This document shows positions 1 through 10,173 of a stretch of 64,000 nt of DNA, piece after piece; position 1 is the first letter of the stretch, and every line of letters begins with the position of its first letter. The translations under genes were made by a program, and so were the position numbers. Location: positions 17,946-81,945 of the forward strand of contig NIVC01001878.1 of assembly GCA_002269645.1 (NCBI GenBank), given 5' to 3'. The DNA comes from Macrostomum lignano (Eukaryota). The notes beneath the pieces were generated by a model. It saw only the letters and a program-made list of their open reading frames with translations. It was not told the DNA's origin and did no database searches.

Positions 1-664
1 ATATAAATTGTGCATTTGTTTTTAAGACCTTTCTATAAATTATTATTAATTAAAGATTCAAATATATATCTAAATCAAGGATTGGCAACCTTTAGCACAA
101 AGGCTAGATCTAGCCCCTAAAGGCTTCCAATCTAGCCTTTAAGGTTTTAGATGATCTAGAATTCTCAAAAAAACTACACCAATTGTTAATAGATGGTCAA
201 ATATTCAAAAAGCAAAGTTTTTAATGCTTTCAATATTTAAATTTTCAATTTGAATGCTTATTGTCAGGGGGCTAGTATTGTAGTATGCTAATATATTTAG
301 CAACATCAAAAAGTTGCCATCACAAAAGATTCTGTCTGCGGTTGCCACTTTTGAGAGTGCAGGTAAAGTCTTTTATCTTTGTGAGTGACACAACTTGCTA
401 CATTGTGGCAGGCTTAATTTGAAGAATGAAGTGAGAGGCGGTGAGGCATGCAAGGATTTTGTTCAATGGATTAAAGCCACCCAATCAGTTTTTGTATTTT
501 TTTAGAATAGTCCAAGAGAAATGGCTTATTAGCCCATATAGTAATGACTTTTCAATGTTGCTGAGTATATATAAAATATCAAACAATAAAAAAATTGATT
601 TGGAAGTTGGTCAAATATTCAAAAATGGTTTTTTCATGCTTTCAATGTTTTGAATTTTGAATTT

Positions 665-1178
665 GAATTCCAGTAACCATTTGTTTTGCCCATAAACCAT
701 TTCAGCCATGGACATTTTGCCCCCAGACCATTTCGCCCATAGACCATTTTGCCCACAGACCATTTTGGCCATGGACCATTTTGGCTTTCGCCTCCAATTT
801 GGACCAGGGTTGAAATGAACATGCGCACAACAATACGATTTATTATAAGCAAGGTTCAATAGTAGCCACCCCCAGTCCAGGGCTAAAACACCAACAATCT
901 ATATACTAATCCGTATACTAAAATTACAATAGAGCAGAGATGTGCAAATTGAGCGTGAGCCGCGGACTATGAGCACATGTATTGCATTACTGGCTGACTG
1001 AGAAATAACATTAATACATATACATTGTAACTTCAATTCCATTCAATTCATTCCAGGCTAAAATATATAATCACCATTTTGGCTAAAACACCCATTGCCA
1101 AACTGGTTTATAGGCGAAATGGTCTAGGGGTGAAATGTACATGGCCGAAACAGTTTAGGGGCAAAACAACCGGAATTC
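665..1178. mobile_element. Degenerate non-autonomous DNA transposon (MITE-like) with ~20-bp ACCATTTTGCCC subterminal repeats
   Basis: Imperfect inverted ends (GAATTCC...TTGTTTTGCCCATAAACC versus GGGGCAAAACAACCGGAATTC); short repeats in opposite orientation in the two arms; no clear TSD. Confidence 0.3.
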
Positions 1179-1466
1179 TTGAATTCCCCATGGGGGCTTA
1201 ATACGCTAGTAGTCCCTAATTATTTTCTTGCTTGTTCTTTCCTATTCCAGGTCCAAATTTTGTCACTTGCAAAAAATAGCTTCTTAGTAACTCATATCAC
1301 TGATTAACTATAAACAGAATAACATATAGGTCACTAGGGGCTCTACTTTATGAGCTCAAGTTGATAGGCCCTTTGTATATAGATCCCAGGGCCATAATAG
1401 GCTTAGATATAGATTAACCTAGTAGGCCCCCTAATGCCCTAAGTAGAACCTAATATTGCAATAGGG

Positions 1467-1859
1467 TAGAGGTCGGACGGGATCCCGATCCCGATCCCGA
1501 AATCTCGGGATCCCGAGGAAAATTGAATTCCCGCGGGACCAGAATCCCGACCCTAAAAAAGTCGAGATTCGGGAACAGGTCTTTCGATTAATAATTTATA
1601 GAATTAGTGATTACTTAAAGGTATTTTGCTTCAACTTGTACTCGTTATATTATTTACTTTGTTGGTTACAAAACTTCATATCAATTTTGTTGTGTTTTAC
1701 TTCTTGATCTTGACAATCTTTTCTCAATTTTGTTTAACTTTACATGGACAATACACTAAAAGACCTGATCCCGATTCCCGAATCCCGATCCCGATCCCGA
1801 TCCCGAGAAAAAAATTATTCCCGATCCCGACCGAAGATTTCAATCCCGTCCGACCTCTA
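1467..1859. mobile_element. hAT-type MITE
   Basis: 16-bp perfect TIR TAGAGGTCGGACGGGA / TCCCGTCCGACCTCTA, 8-bp TSD CAATAGGG (1459-1466 and 1860-1867), subterminal ATCCCG hexamer repeats. Confidence 0.85.
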
Positions 1860-3461
1860 CAATAGGGCCTACCATAGGCATAGGCTCATAATAGTTTAAT
1901 TTTAGGACAAGACAAGACTAAGAAGGCTAAATAATAAATATTAGACCTAATAATTAATATTAATGGAAAACCCTATTTATACTTAGCCTAAAGGTTTATA
2001 TTTAAAATGAGTAAAGTAAAGTCCAATCATTTCTATGAACAATCTAGACTTAGGATGGTAGACTAGGCCTAGCTGCTATAAGTATACATCATAGGCATAT
2101 ATGTATGCCAAAAAGTTCCAGCATATAGAGGGATTTGGCGGCAATCTTCTAGTTTCACATGTTTAATTCAAAATATTTTTTTAAACAACAGTTAACGATA
2201 GATTTGTTTTATGTTTTATGCCTCAAAGGGCATAATAGTGTGCCACCCAGAAAAGGATGTTCCCAAAGGTATTGTGTAGGTAGCAGCAACACCAGAGAAA
2301 TTTGTCCAAGTGAATTTTGAACAGGGCCTTGGACATGCCATACATGGCCCTGAAACGGGCCTTAGCTTAGTGTATACCCATGTGCCCTCCACTGTGTTTG
2401 TGTAGACTTCTAGGTGGTTAGGATCCACAAAGTGCAGCTGATGGTTCACTATCAAATGATTGGGTAGTTTAAATAATTAAAAATGCTTTAAAATAATTAA
2501 ACATGCAAAACTAGAAGATTGTCGATTTGGCATATACCACTAGCATACAAATTTGCATAATAAGCCTACAGAGGGGCCTGGTATAGGCCTACATTGCATT
2601 ACCTATATTTAGTATAGAGAGCCTACCTCTTGGCCTTGGGCTTGGTATATAGCCATAGGTACAATACTAAATTTTGTGTATGTATATATTTTTGTTGAGT
2701 CCTAAGTTATTAATCTTATTTCATTGTCATCTATTTTTTCTTGTCATTTCTCAGATATTAGGCACTAGGCCTATCTTGTGGTTGTGTTCAGTTGTTCAGT
2801 TCAGTAAAGTGAGTAGGCCTAACTAGGCCTAAGTTCAACCTTTTTTAAAGTCTAACTTATGTCTCGAGCTTTCTAGTTTAACATTATATACATTCTCATA
2901 CTTTACTAGAATAGATGTCTAGCAGTTGTTAAAAATGGGGATCACACCATACATTACAATTCAGTATCACAATTTGCACATCATAGTATCGGGCACGGCT
3001 AGGCCTAGCAGGAGTGACTTACTAGACTTGGGGTCGTACATCTATAAAGCTGTTGTAGCGTAAGTTCGATCGTACGTCTTAAGTTTTACACTGCAGAGAT
3101 AGGAGCTAAGAACGATCTTATCTTACGATGGCGTTATATAGAACGGGCCCATCTTTACTTTACATATAAAAAAATAGTCCATACAGCGCACTCGCAGGAT
3201 AAAAATATCGACAATGGACGATAAACAACAGGAAAAAATCTTAATTTCTAACGTTATTTCACTCTTTTAAGGTACAAGCTAATAATAATTATCTAATTAG
3301 TTTGTAATGCTATCTTAGAAATAAAACATTTTGTTTTACTTTTAAGTTTCTCGGCAAACATATATTAACGCACGGATTTAAGACATGAGATTTTTCTGTT
3401 TAATTCGTCCTTTCTGAATCTGCAATACACATTTCGCTGTTTCGGAAAATAAATTGCGGAG

Positions 3462-5363
3462 ATGGCATCTTCTGAGCCAACAAAAATCGAAAAAGTTGTG
3501 AAAATTAATTTATCTCGAGGAATTAACGACGAAGTCACGGTCGACATAGAACGCTTAGAAGATTTGTTTGTATTGGACGAGGAGGGAAACTCAATACGCT
3601 TCGGTGATCTATTCAAAGATAAGAAGACGGTTGTCGTCCTTCTCAGGGTATGAAAGTTGGAGTATTTTGAATGATCGAGCTACGGTATGAAAAATCATGG
3701 TTACTAAAAAGGCAATTATATTTCCCTGTATGCACTGTTTTAAGGCACTGCACAAGTCGTAGCGCTGATGAGGGGACTAAGATAGCATTACAAACGTTCA
3801 ATTTGCACTGGATGTTCTTCACTCTCAGTTTATTGACGTCGACGATTTCCACTGAAATAAGCTGTGCTAAAAATAACCAATTAGCTTTCAGTGGCGCAAC
3901 TAAGGGGGACAGGGTCAGTCGCCCCCTTTAGGTGGAGACCTGAAAAAATCAAAGGGGGTAGGGACCAAGCGCATTTTCGCCAAAATACAGAGGCTCCCTT
4001 CCGAACCCGGCTAGTTGCGCCACCGTTTTAGTTTTTTTTCTGTTGAAAGTCGCACATCAAATTTTGATATAAAGATTTGGGCTTTCTTTGCTTTGATTCG
4101 AAGAATCATCTATCTTCAAGTAAGTCCTTTTTAAATTTAGTACCACCTCTAAAATTTTATCCGTTATTCTGCAGCATCCCCAGTGCTTCACGGCAAAAGA
4201 ATACGCTGAGGACCTGGCAAAAATACCAGATGACTACCTTGAAAAGGGAAATGTGCAGCTCGTAACCATTGGGCCTCATGGGCCTGATCTGATTCCTGTA
4301 CGTTTGACCCATTTTAACTCTTAAGAAATCTAAACACTAAAACAATGTTATTTGAGAAACGATCATTCCGAAATCCTCACAGATGTTCAGGGAGGAGACC
4401 GGATTCCGCCACGCTATGCTATGCGACCCAGACGCCGCAATCTACAAGGCGATCGGTTGCAAGTGCGACGAATTGAACGGCAACAATCAGGGTGGGTGCG
4501 GCGAGTGCCAGCATCGATTTTTGGAGGAGGGAGGGTTGAAAAGAGTTTTGAGGAAGCAAAATTCGAGGAATGTGAAGTTTCGGGTATTTATGAATTATGA
4601 GGTAACTTGAGGAATCTAAATAGTTGTAATAAATTCTTATCTAAACGGTTTTAGATAATGCAAGTCTTCCTCTCTTCCACTCTCTACCTCTCTACTTCTA
4701 CTTCTATCAGGCTCGATCACGCTCTCCCTCTCGCTCCATCTCTCCGCCTCTGACTCTACCTCTCTCTCTCACTCACCTATCTCTTTCCCTCACCCTTGTG
4801 TCTCTCCCTCTCCCCCATCTCTCCCCTCCCCCCCCATATCTCCCTCTCCCCATCTCCCTCCTCTCCCCCATCTATCCTTCTCTCCCCATCTCCCTCTCTC
4901 CTCTCTCCATTCTCCCCCGTCTCTCCCTGTCTTCCCCATGTCTCCCCTTTTCTCCCTCTCTCCTTTTGTCTCTTTGTACTTCTCCCAAGTCTCACTCCCT
5001 TTCCCACTGTCTTTCTCTCCCTTTTCGGCTCTCCCAAGGCATCATTTATATAGTTGTAAAACAGCAGTCAAGTGATTGTATTTTTTCTTTCAATATTTTC
5101 CAGACCCCACTACCAGCAAGCACGTGAAGTCTGGCTGGCTCTCCGGCATCCTCAGCAGCACCTACCGGGCCATGTGGTACCGCGACTTCAAGGCCAACTT
5201 GTTGCTAAACGGCGCCTGTCTGGTACTCGGGCCGGGCAAGCAGGTACACAGCAGCCACTTGGACAAGGGCATGTTCGACCAGATGCCAATCAATGCCATA
5301 TTAGAGGCTGTCTGCGGGCTTACGATGAGCTTCCCTAAGGATAGGCGAGTCTTGAAAGTTTAA
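3462..5363 (+). CDS. PRXL2C: Peroxiredoxin-like 2C / AhpC-TSA antioxidant enzyme (AAED1), 225 aa; exons 3462-3647, 4175-4297, 4383-4491, 5104-5363
   Basis: All three introns are GT-AG and splice in frame. The spliced protein (VLDEEGNSIRFGDLFKDKKTVVVLLR-HPQCFTAKEYAEDLAKIP...HVKSGWLSG...LVLGPG...DQMPINAIL) follows the PRXL2C family pattern along its length. Confidence 0.85.
4670..5035. repeat. CT-rich low-complexity tract (intron 3 of PRXL2C)
   Basis: Polypyrimidine simple sequence; the overlapping ORFs are compositional artefacts. Confidence 0.9.
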
Positions 5364-5689
5364 AATGATTTGTATAGAGTGGGGATGCTACACTCGCAAA
5401 TTGTGTGAATTTCGTCAGAGGACAGCCGGTTGTCGCTGCATTAGAAATTGAGCAAGAAATCTTGCATTGTCACAACTCTGGACTTCAGAATTGCAAGTGA
5501 GGCAGATTTTTTTCTAATTTCGAGTCGGAATTTAAAAGAAGAATAATCAAATGTCACTCGCAAAAAATGCGCTTATATTACTCTTTTCTCATGAGTAGCA
5601 TACTAGCAAGCTGCGCCCCCCTTGGGGAGCCATGCACAAAGAAATGGAATACATTTTTTTTAATAAAGTACGTGTAGATTCTAAACTCA

Positions 5690-5848
5690 GCTTTGACATC
5701 TCAGATTCCCCCATAATCCTTGAAATCTCAGCAATACCTAAATCTAAGCCTTGACATCACAGTGCAGTAATTCCCCCATAAGCCTTGACATCTCAGCAAT
5801 TCCCCCATTAAGCCTTGACATCTCAGCAATTCCCCCCAGTAAGCCTTG
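5690..5848 (+). repeat. ~31-bp minisatellite, left portion (interrupted by the Gypsy element)
   Basis: About 5 units of AGTAAGCCTTGACATCTCAGCAATTCCCCC. Confidence 0.9.
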
Positions 5849-6061
5849 TGTAGTGACTGTGCATCGGGCCTAGGTGTTGTAACTAACTAACTTTGAGGCT
5901 AGAATTGTTCAATTACTTTATATGCATCGTGCGTTCAATCATGGTATCGTTGTTTCGATTGCGTAACACTGTTTTCAACGTGCACATGAGTATAAATATA
6001 TTGAGCGAGACTCAAGTGTCTCCAACTGAATTGAGTTTAATCAATCAACTAGAACACAACA
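5849..6061 (+). repeat. 5' LTR of Gypsy element 1
   Basis: TGTAGTGAC...ACAACA, direct repeat of 9961-10173; contains TATAAATA. Confidence 0.95.
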
Positions 6062-6062
6062 A

Positions 6063-6860
6063 ATGGCGACGAGCGGACTTCCGTACCCAGCGGAGTTTCA
6101 ACCAGTACCAGGCGAACCTCCTGTGCCATGGGCAAGGTGGATCAAGTCATTTGAGAACTTCCTGGTAGCTGGAGCTCTCGAAGAGGCATCAGAGAGTCGG
6201 AAAAAGGCGATCCTCCTGCATCTGCTTGGTGAGGAAGGACGCCGCCGAGCTGCAAACGTCGATGCAAGCAAGTCGCTTCAGGAGACCAAAAAGGCACTGA
6301 AGGCGATTTTCAGCTCGTCGAGAAGCGTCATAGCAGAGCGCTTCGCCTTTCGGCAGCGAGCCCAGCACGACGGCGAGAGCATCGGAGACTACGTGATGGC
6401 CCTGAGAGAACTGGCAACAAACTGCAAATTTGACACCTTTCACGACGAAATGATTCGAGACCAACTTGTGGAGAAAACCTGCGTACCTCGCATTAGGGAA
6501 AGACTCCTGATGGAGGAGGACGATCTGACGCTAGATGACGCCATCAAGAAGGCTGAGCGAATCGAAGCAGCCATCAAAGATGCCAAGCAGGTCAGCGGCC
6601 CAGAGCTCCACGTGAAGGCGCTGAGCAAGAAGCCGAAGCCAGCTGCTCGCCATGAGAAGACCGCAGCAGCAGGTCCAAAGTGCACTCGATGCGGAGGCAA
6701 CCACGGACACAAGGGCGAATGCAAGGCGATGGGCCAGAAATGCAGACGATGCGGCAAGGCGAACCATTTCGCGAAAATGTGCCGCATGAAAGCGGTCTCT
6801 GCGATCGACACCAAAGAGCCTGCAGAGTCCAGTCTGACGGTCCTGGCCGTGAACAACTAG
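6063..6860 (+). CDS. gag: Gag of element 1 (capsid plus two zinc knuckles)
   Basis: W.RW...FE.F N-terminus, ERFAFRQRAQHDGESIGDYV capsid motif, knuckles CTRCGGNHGHKGEC and CRRCGKANHFAKMC. Confidence 0.93.
   Translation: MATSGLPYPAEFQPVPGEPPVPWARWIKSFENFLVAGALEEASESRKKAILLHLLGEEGRRRAANVDASKSLQETKKALKAIFSSSRSVIAERFAFRQRAQHDGESIGDYVMALRELATNCKFDTFHDEMIRDQLVEKTCVPRIRERLLMEEDDLTLDDAIKKAERIEAAIKDAKQVSGPELHVKALSKKPKPAARHEKTAAAGPKCTRCGGNHGHKGECKAMGQKCRRCGKANHFAKMCRMKAVSAIDTKEPAESSLTVLAVNN
6064..6073 (+). promoter_or_regulatory. Primer-binding site TGGCGACGAG (tRNA-Ser(GCU)-type), overlapping the gag ATG
   Basis: 2 nt after the 5' LTR; 10-nt complement of the ...CUCGUCGCCA 3' end of metazoan tRNA-Ser(GCU). 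Confidence 0.65.
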
Positions 6861-9800
6861 AGCACAGACAGCTTATTCTGCGAATGCCGTCTGGGCGGAC
6901 AGCTGATTCGACTGCAAATCGACTGCGGTGCTGCCGTTTCGTTGCTCAACATGGAGACGTTCAAGAAGTCCTTCGCTAGGCACCCGCTGCTTCCGACGAG
7001 CACAAAACTGGAGGCATACGGCGGATCTGCGATCAAGACCATCGGCAAGGTCGAGCTTCCAGTGACGTTCAACGGCATCAGGACAGAAGCCACATTCTAC
7101 GTCGCCGACAAAGGAGCGAACATCCTGGGCCGCGACCTGTTTCAGGCCCTCGGATTCAAAATCTTCCAAGGTGACAACAGAGTGATGAGCATCAGCGAGA
7201 CTACGATCGAGCGCGACTTCCCCGGAATCTTCGACGGTCTGGGCCGGTCCAAGAGCTTCATTCACCGGACAAAGATCGACGCCTCGGTCAAGCCAGTGTC
7301 TCAGCCAATGCGGAAGCTGCCGATCGGCCTGAAGGACGAAGTGACGTCAGAGATCAGCCGGATGGAGCAACAGGGCATCATTGAGAAGGTCGACGCGTCC
7401 GAGTGGGTTAGCAACGTTGTCGTGACGCGCAAGAAGGAGTCCAACAAGGTTCGTCTCTGCGTGGATCTGCGGCAGGTCAACAAGGCGGTGATCGCGGACC
7501 GCTATCCGGTACCGTCAATCGAGGACCTATCGGCCAGCATCAACGGCTCGAAGTGCTTCAGCAAGCTGGACCTGCGTCAAGGCTACCAGCAGATTCCGCT
7601 GCATCCAGACTCTCGAGGACTGACGTGCTTCATCACCGATGCCGGCCTGTACCAGTTCACCGTGGTGCCATTCGGGCTATCTAGCTCCGGAGCTGCCTTC
7701 CAGCGAGCCCTGCAGACGGTGCTTCGAGGAGCTCCTGGCGCCATCAACATCGTGGACGACATCCTGGTGCACGGCAAGGACGAGACTGAGCACGACAAGA
7801 ACCTCCGAGAAGTCCTAGGGCGGATTCATCGCGAAGGCTTCACACTCAATCGAGAGAAGTGCAAATTCCGGCAGGCGAGCGTGGATTTCTTCGGATTGGT
7901 CATCTCTGCAGACGGCATCAAACCGACCAAGTGCAACGTCGACGCAATTCTAAGAATTCCTGAGCCATCAACGGTCGCGCAAATTCAATCGTTTCTCGGG
8001 GCAGTGAACTTTTTGCACAAGTTCATACCGCATTACTCAGCAATTGCCGAGCCTCTGAGACAACTGCTCAAAAGGGACGCGGACTGGCACTGGGGTGAGC
8101 GGGAACGTACAGCCTTCCGTACACTCAAGTCAGCCGTAACCAGCAGCCCAGTGTTAGCTCATTTTGACTGCCAAGCTGAGACGTACGTCACCTGCGATGC
8201 AAGTCTAGACGGACTGGGGGCAGTGCTCAGCCAAGTACAAAACGAAAAAGAGGTGCCAATCGCGTTCGCATCGAGAGCACTCAGCCCAGCGGAAAAGCGA
8301 TACTCAGCCGGAGAGCGAGAAGCCCTGGCCTGTGTATGGAGCATCGAACGCTGGCACTACTATCTATACGGCAGACGAGTAACGCTGCGCACCGACCACA
8401 AGGCCCTGACAACTCTGCTCGACTCGAAAGGCATGGGGCACAGGCCTCTTCGCATTCATCGATGGGTCGAGAGACTTCGCGGCTACGACGTCCGGTTTGA
8501 GCACATCCCTGGCGCTGACAACAAGTGCGCGGACATGCTGTCCAGATGGGCCACGACGGAGCGCGTTCCAGCCGAGGAGACCGACGAGGAGGGCTACGTC
8601 TACGCAGTCGTCGACTCGAAGACAACGCTGACGGCAGACGCACTGGCAACGGCGACCAAGGAGGACGAAGTGCTGCAGGCGGTTTTGCAGTACATCTCGG
8701 GCGAGTGGCCAACGAAGGTGGACAGCTCTCTAAAGCCGTACTTCAACGTCCGGGACGAGCTGTTCTGCTGGAACAACGGTCAGTGCCTCGGTCGTGGTGA
8801 ACGCGCGATCATCCCGACGAGCCTGCGACTTCAAGTCATCGAGGAGGCCCACGAAGGGCATCCGGGCGTCGTTCGGTCAAAGCAGCGGTGCCGCGACACG
8901 GTCTGGTTTCCTGGAATTGACCGGCAGGTGGAGGACTACGTCAAGAACTGCACGGCCTGCACTCTGGCGGAGAAGTCCGGCAAGCCTCAACAGACGATCG
9001 TGACACCAATCGAGTGGCCAGATGGACCGTGGGACAAGGTCGAGATCGACATCTTCGGCGAGGTCGCCGCGGCTCCTCGACACCAGCGGTTTCTACTGGT
9101 GATCCACGACCTGTACAGCAAGTGGCCGGAGATTGCAGCCATGGAAACCGTCACCTCTGCCAACATCATCAAGACGCTTCGGAAGCTATTCGGCCGGTGG
9201 GGAGTCCCGAAGATGCTGATCAGCGACAACGGACCCCAGTTCGTCAGCGACGAGTTCGAAGAGTTCCTGCGAGCCGAGGGCATCAAGCACAGCCGAGTGA
9301 GCCGGTACTACCCGCAAGGCAACGGCGGAGTCGAGCGATTCAACCGGAGTCTGAAGGAGGGCCTGGCAGCGAACCTGAGGGCGGGAGCGAAGTTCGAGGA
9401 CGCTATCGACCTGGTGCTCAAGACCTACAGGACCAGCCAGCACGCTCTCACCGGGCTGACTCCAGCCGAGCTGATGATCGGGCGCAAGCTGCGGTCCGGA
9501 CTGCAGCTGCTCAGGCCAACTCCAGTGCAACAGCGGGACGACAGCGACCTGCGAGACAGTATCGCACAGAGGCAAGCCAAGAATGCCGACTACACCAACA
9601 AGCGAAGGCGAGCTCGTGACTCTATGCTCCAGGCCGGAGACTGGGTCTGGCGACAGACGCCGCACCGAGCGCACAAGCTGGCGACCCGACTGAAGGAACC
9701 GCTAAAGATCGCCTCCAAAGCAGGGCGCAACACCTTCGTGCTGTCCGACGGTACAAAGTGGCAAGCGAGTCGGCTGGTTAAGTGCAGCAGCCCACCGGCT

Positions 9801-9965
9801 GACAACGGCGCGGCCGACCAAGAGGACGACTGGTTCGATTTGCCGCTGCCGCCGGCTCCGCCCCCACGGACGGGCGAGCCGCCACCTCCACCTGAACGTC
9901 GAAGGTCAACTCGAGCTCGACGGCAACCGGCGCGTTATCCTCTTCCGGAAGGGGGGAGAATGTAG
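6861..9965 (+). CDS. pol: Pol of element 1 (PR-RT-RNaseH-IN), same frame as gag directly after its TAG
   Basis: PR IDCGAAVSL, RT VPFGL...NIVDDILV, RNaseH TCDASLDGLGAVL...EREALA, IN HEGHPG...CTAC / IDIFG...SDNGPQF...VERFN. The stop codon lies in the first bases of the 3' LTR. Confidence 0.95.
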   Translation, partial: STDSLFCECRLGGQLIRLQIDCGAAVSLLNMETFKKSFARHPLLPTSTKLEAYGGSAIKTIGKVELPVTFNGIRTEATFYVADKGANILGRDLFQALGFKIFQGDNRVMSISETTIERDFPGIFDGLGRSKSFIHRTKIDASVKPVSQPMRKLPIGLKDEVTSEISRMEQQGIIEKVDASEWVSNVVVTRKKESNKVRLCVDLRQVNKAVIADRYPVPSIEDLSASINGSKCFSKLDLRQGYQQIPLHPDSRGLTCFITDAGLYQFTVVPFGLSSSGAAFQRALQTVLRGAPGAINIVDDILVHGKDETEHDKNLREVLGRIHREGFTLNREKCKFRQASVDFFGLVISADGIKPTKCNVDAILRIPEPSTVAQIQSFLGAVNFLHKFIPHYSAIAEPLRQLLKRDADWHWGERERTAFRTLKSAVTSSPVLAHFDCQAETYVTCDASLDGLGAVLSQVQNEKEVPIAFASRALSPAEKRYSAGEREALACVWSIERWHYYLYGRRVTLRTDHKALTTLLDSKGMGHRPLRIHRWVERLRGYDVRFEHIPGADNKCADMLSRWATTERVPAEETDEEGYVYAVVDSKTTLTADALATATKEDEVLQAVLQYISGEWPTKVDSSLKPYFNVRDELFCWNNGQCLGRGERAIIPTSLRLQVIEEAHEGHPGVVRSKQRCRDTVWFPGIDRQVEDYVKNCTACTLAEKSGKPQQTIVTPIEWPDGPWDKVEIDIFGEVAAAPRHQRFLLVIHDLYSKWPEIAAMETVTSANIIKTLRKLFGRWGVPKMLISDNGPQFVSDEFEEFLRAEGIKHSRVSRYYPQGNGGVERFNRSLKEGLAANLRAGAKFEDAIDLVLKTYRTSQHALTGLTPAELMIGRKLRSGLQLLRPTPVQQRDDSDLRDSIAQRQAKNADYTNKRRRARDSMLQAGDWVWRQTPHRAHKLATRLKEPLKIASKAGRNTFVLSDGTKWQASRLVKCSSPPADNGAADQEDDWFDLPLPPAPPPRTGEPPPPPERRRSTRARRQPARYPLPEGGRM

Positions 9966-10173
9966 TGACTGTGCATCGGGCCTAGGTGTTGTAACTAACT
10001 AACTTTGAGGCTAGAATTGTTCAATTACTTTATATGCATCGTGCGTTCAATCATGGTATCGTTGTTTCGATTGCGTAACACTGTTTTCAACGTGCACATG
10101 AGTATAAATATATTGAGCGAGACTCAAGTGTCTCCAACTGAATTGAGTTTAATCAATCAACTAGAACACAACA
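9961..10173 (+). repeat. 3' LTR of Gypsy element 1
   Basis: Appears identical to 5849-6061. Confidence 0.95.

Larger units (their letters stand above)
5849..10173 (+). mobile_element. Full-length Ty3/Gypsy LTR retrotransposon (Mag-like), 4325 bp
   Basis: 213-bp TG...CA LTRs that appear identical, 5-bp TSD CCTTG (5844-5848, 10174-10178), PBS, polypurine tract GAAGGGGGGAGAA before the 3' LTR, and gag plus PR-RT-RH-IN. Confidence 0.97.

Noticed and set aside
3765-3772. Hammerhead ribozyme core CTGATGAG
   Set aside because: No matching GAAA and flanking stems could be found.
3889-4025. hAT MITE in PRXL2C intron 1 (CAGTGGCGCAACTA / TAGTTGCGCCACCG)
   Set aside because: Short TIR-like match but no matching 8-bp TSD; too weak to list as a feature.
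7744-7765. IVDD instead of YxDD in RT of element 1 as a sign of inactivity or novelty
   Set aside because: Non-Tyr residues at this position are common in Mag-like Gypsy elements, and both catalytic Asp are present.
8281-9805. Alternative-frame and antisense ORFs overlapping pol of element 1 (and gag of element 2)
   Set aside because: These are expected shadows of GC-rich coding sequence with no independent motifs.
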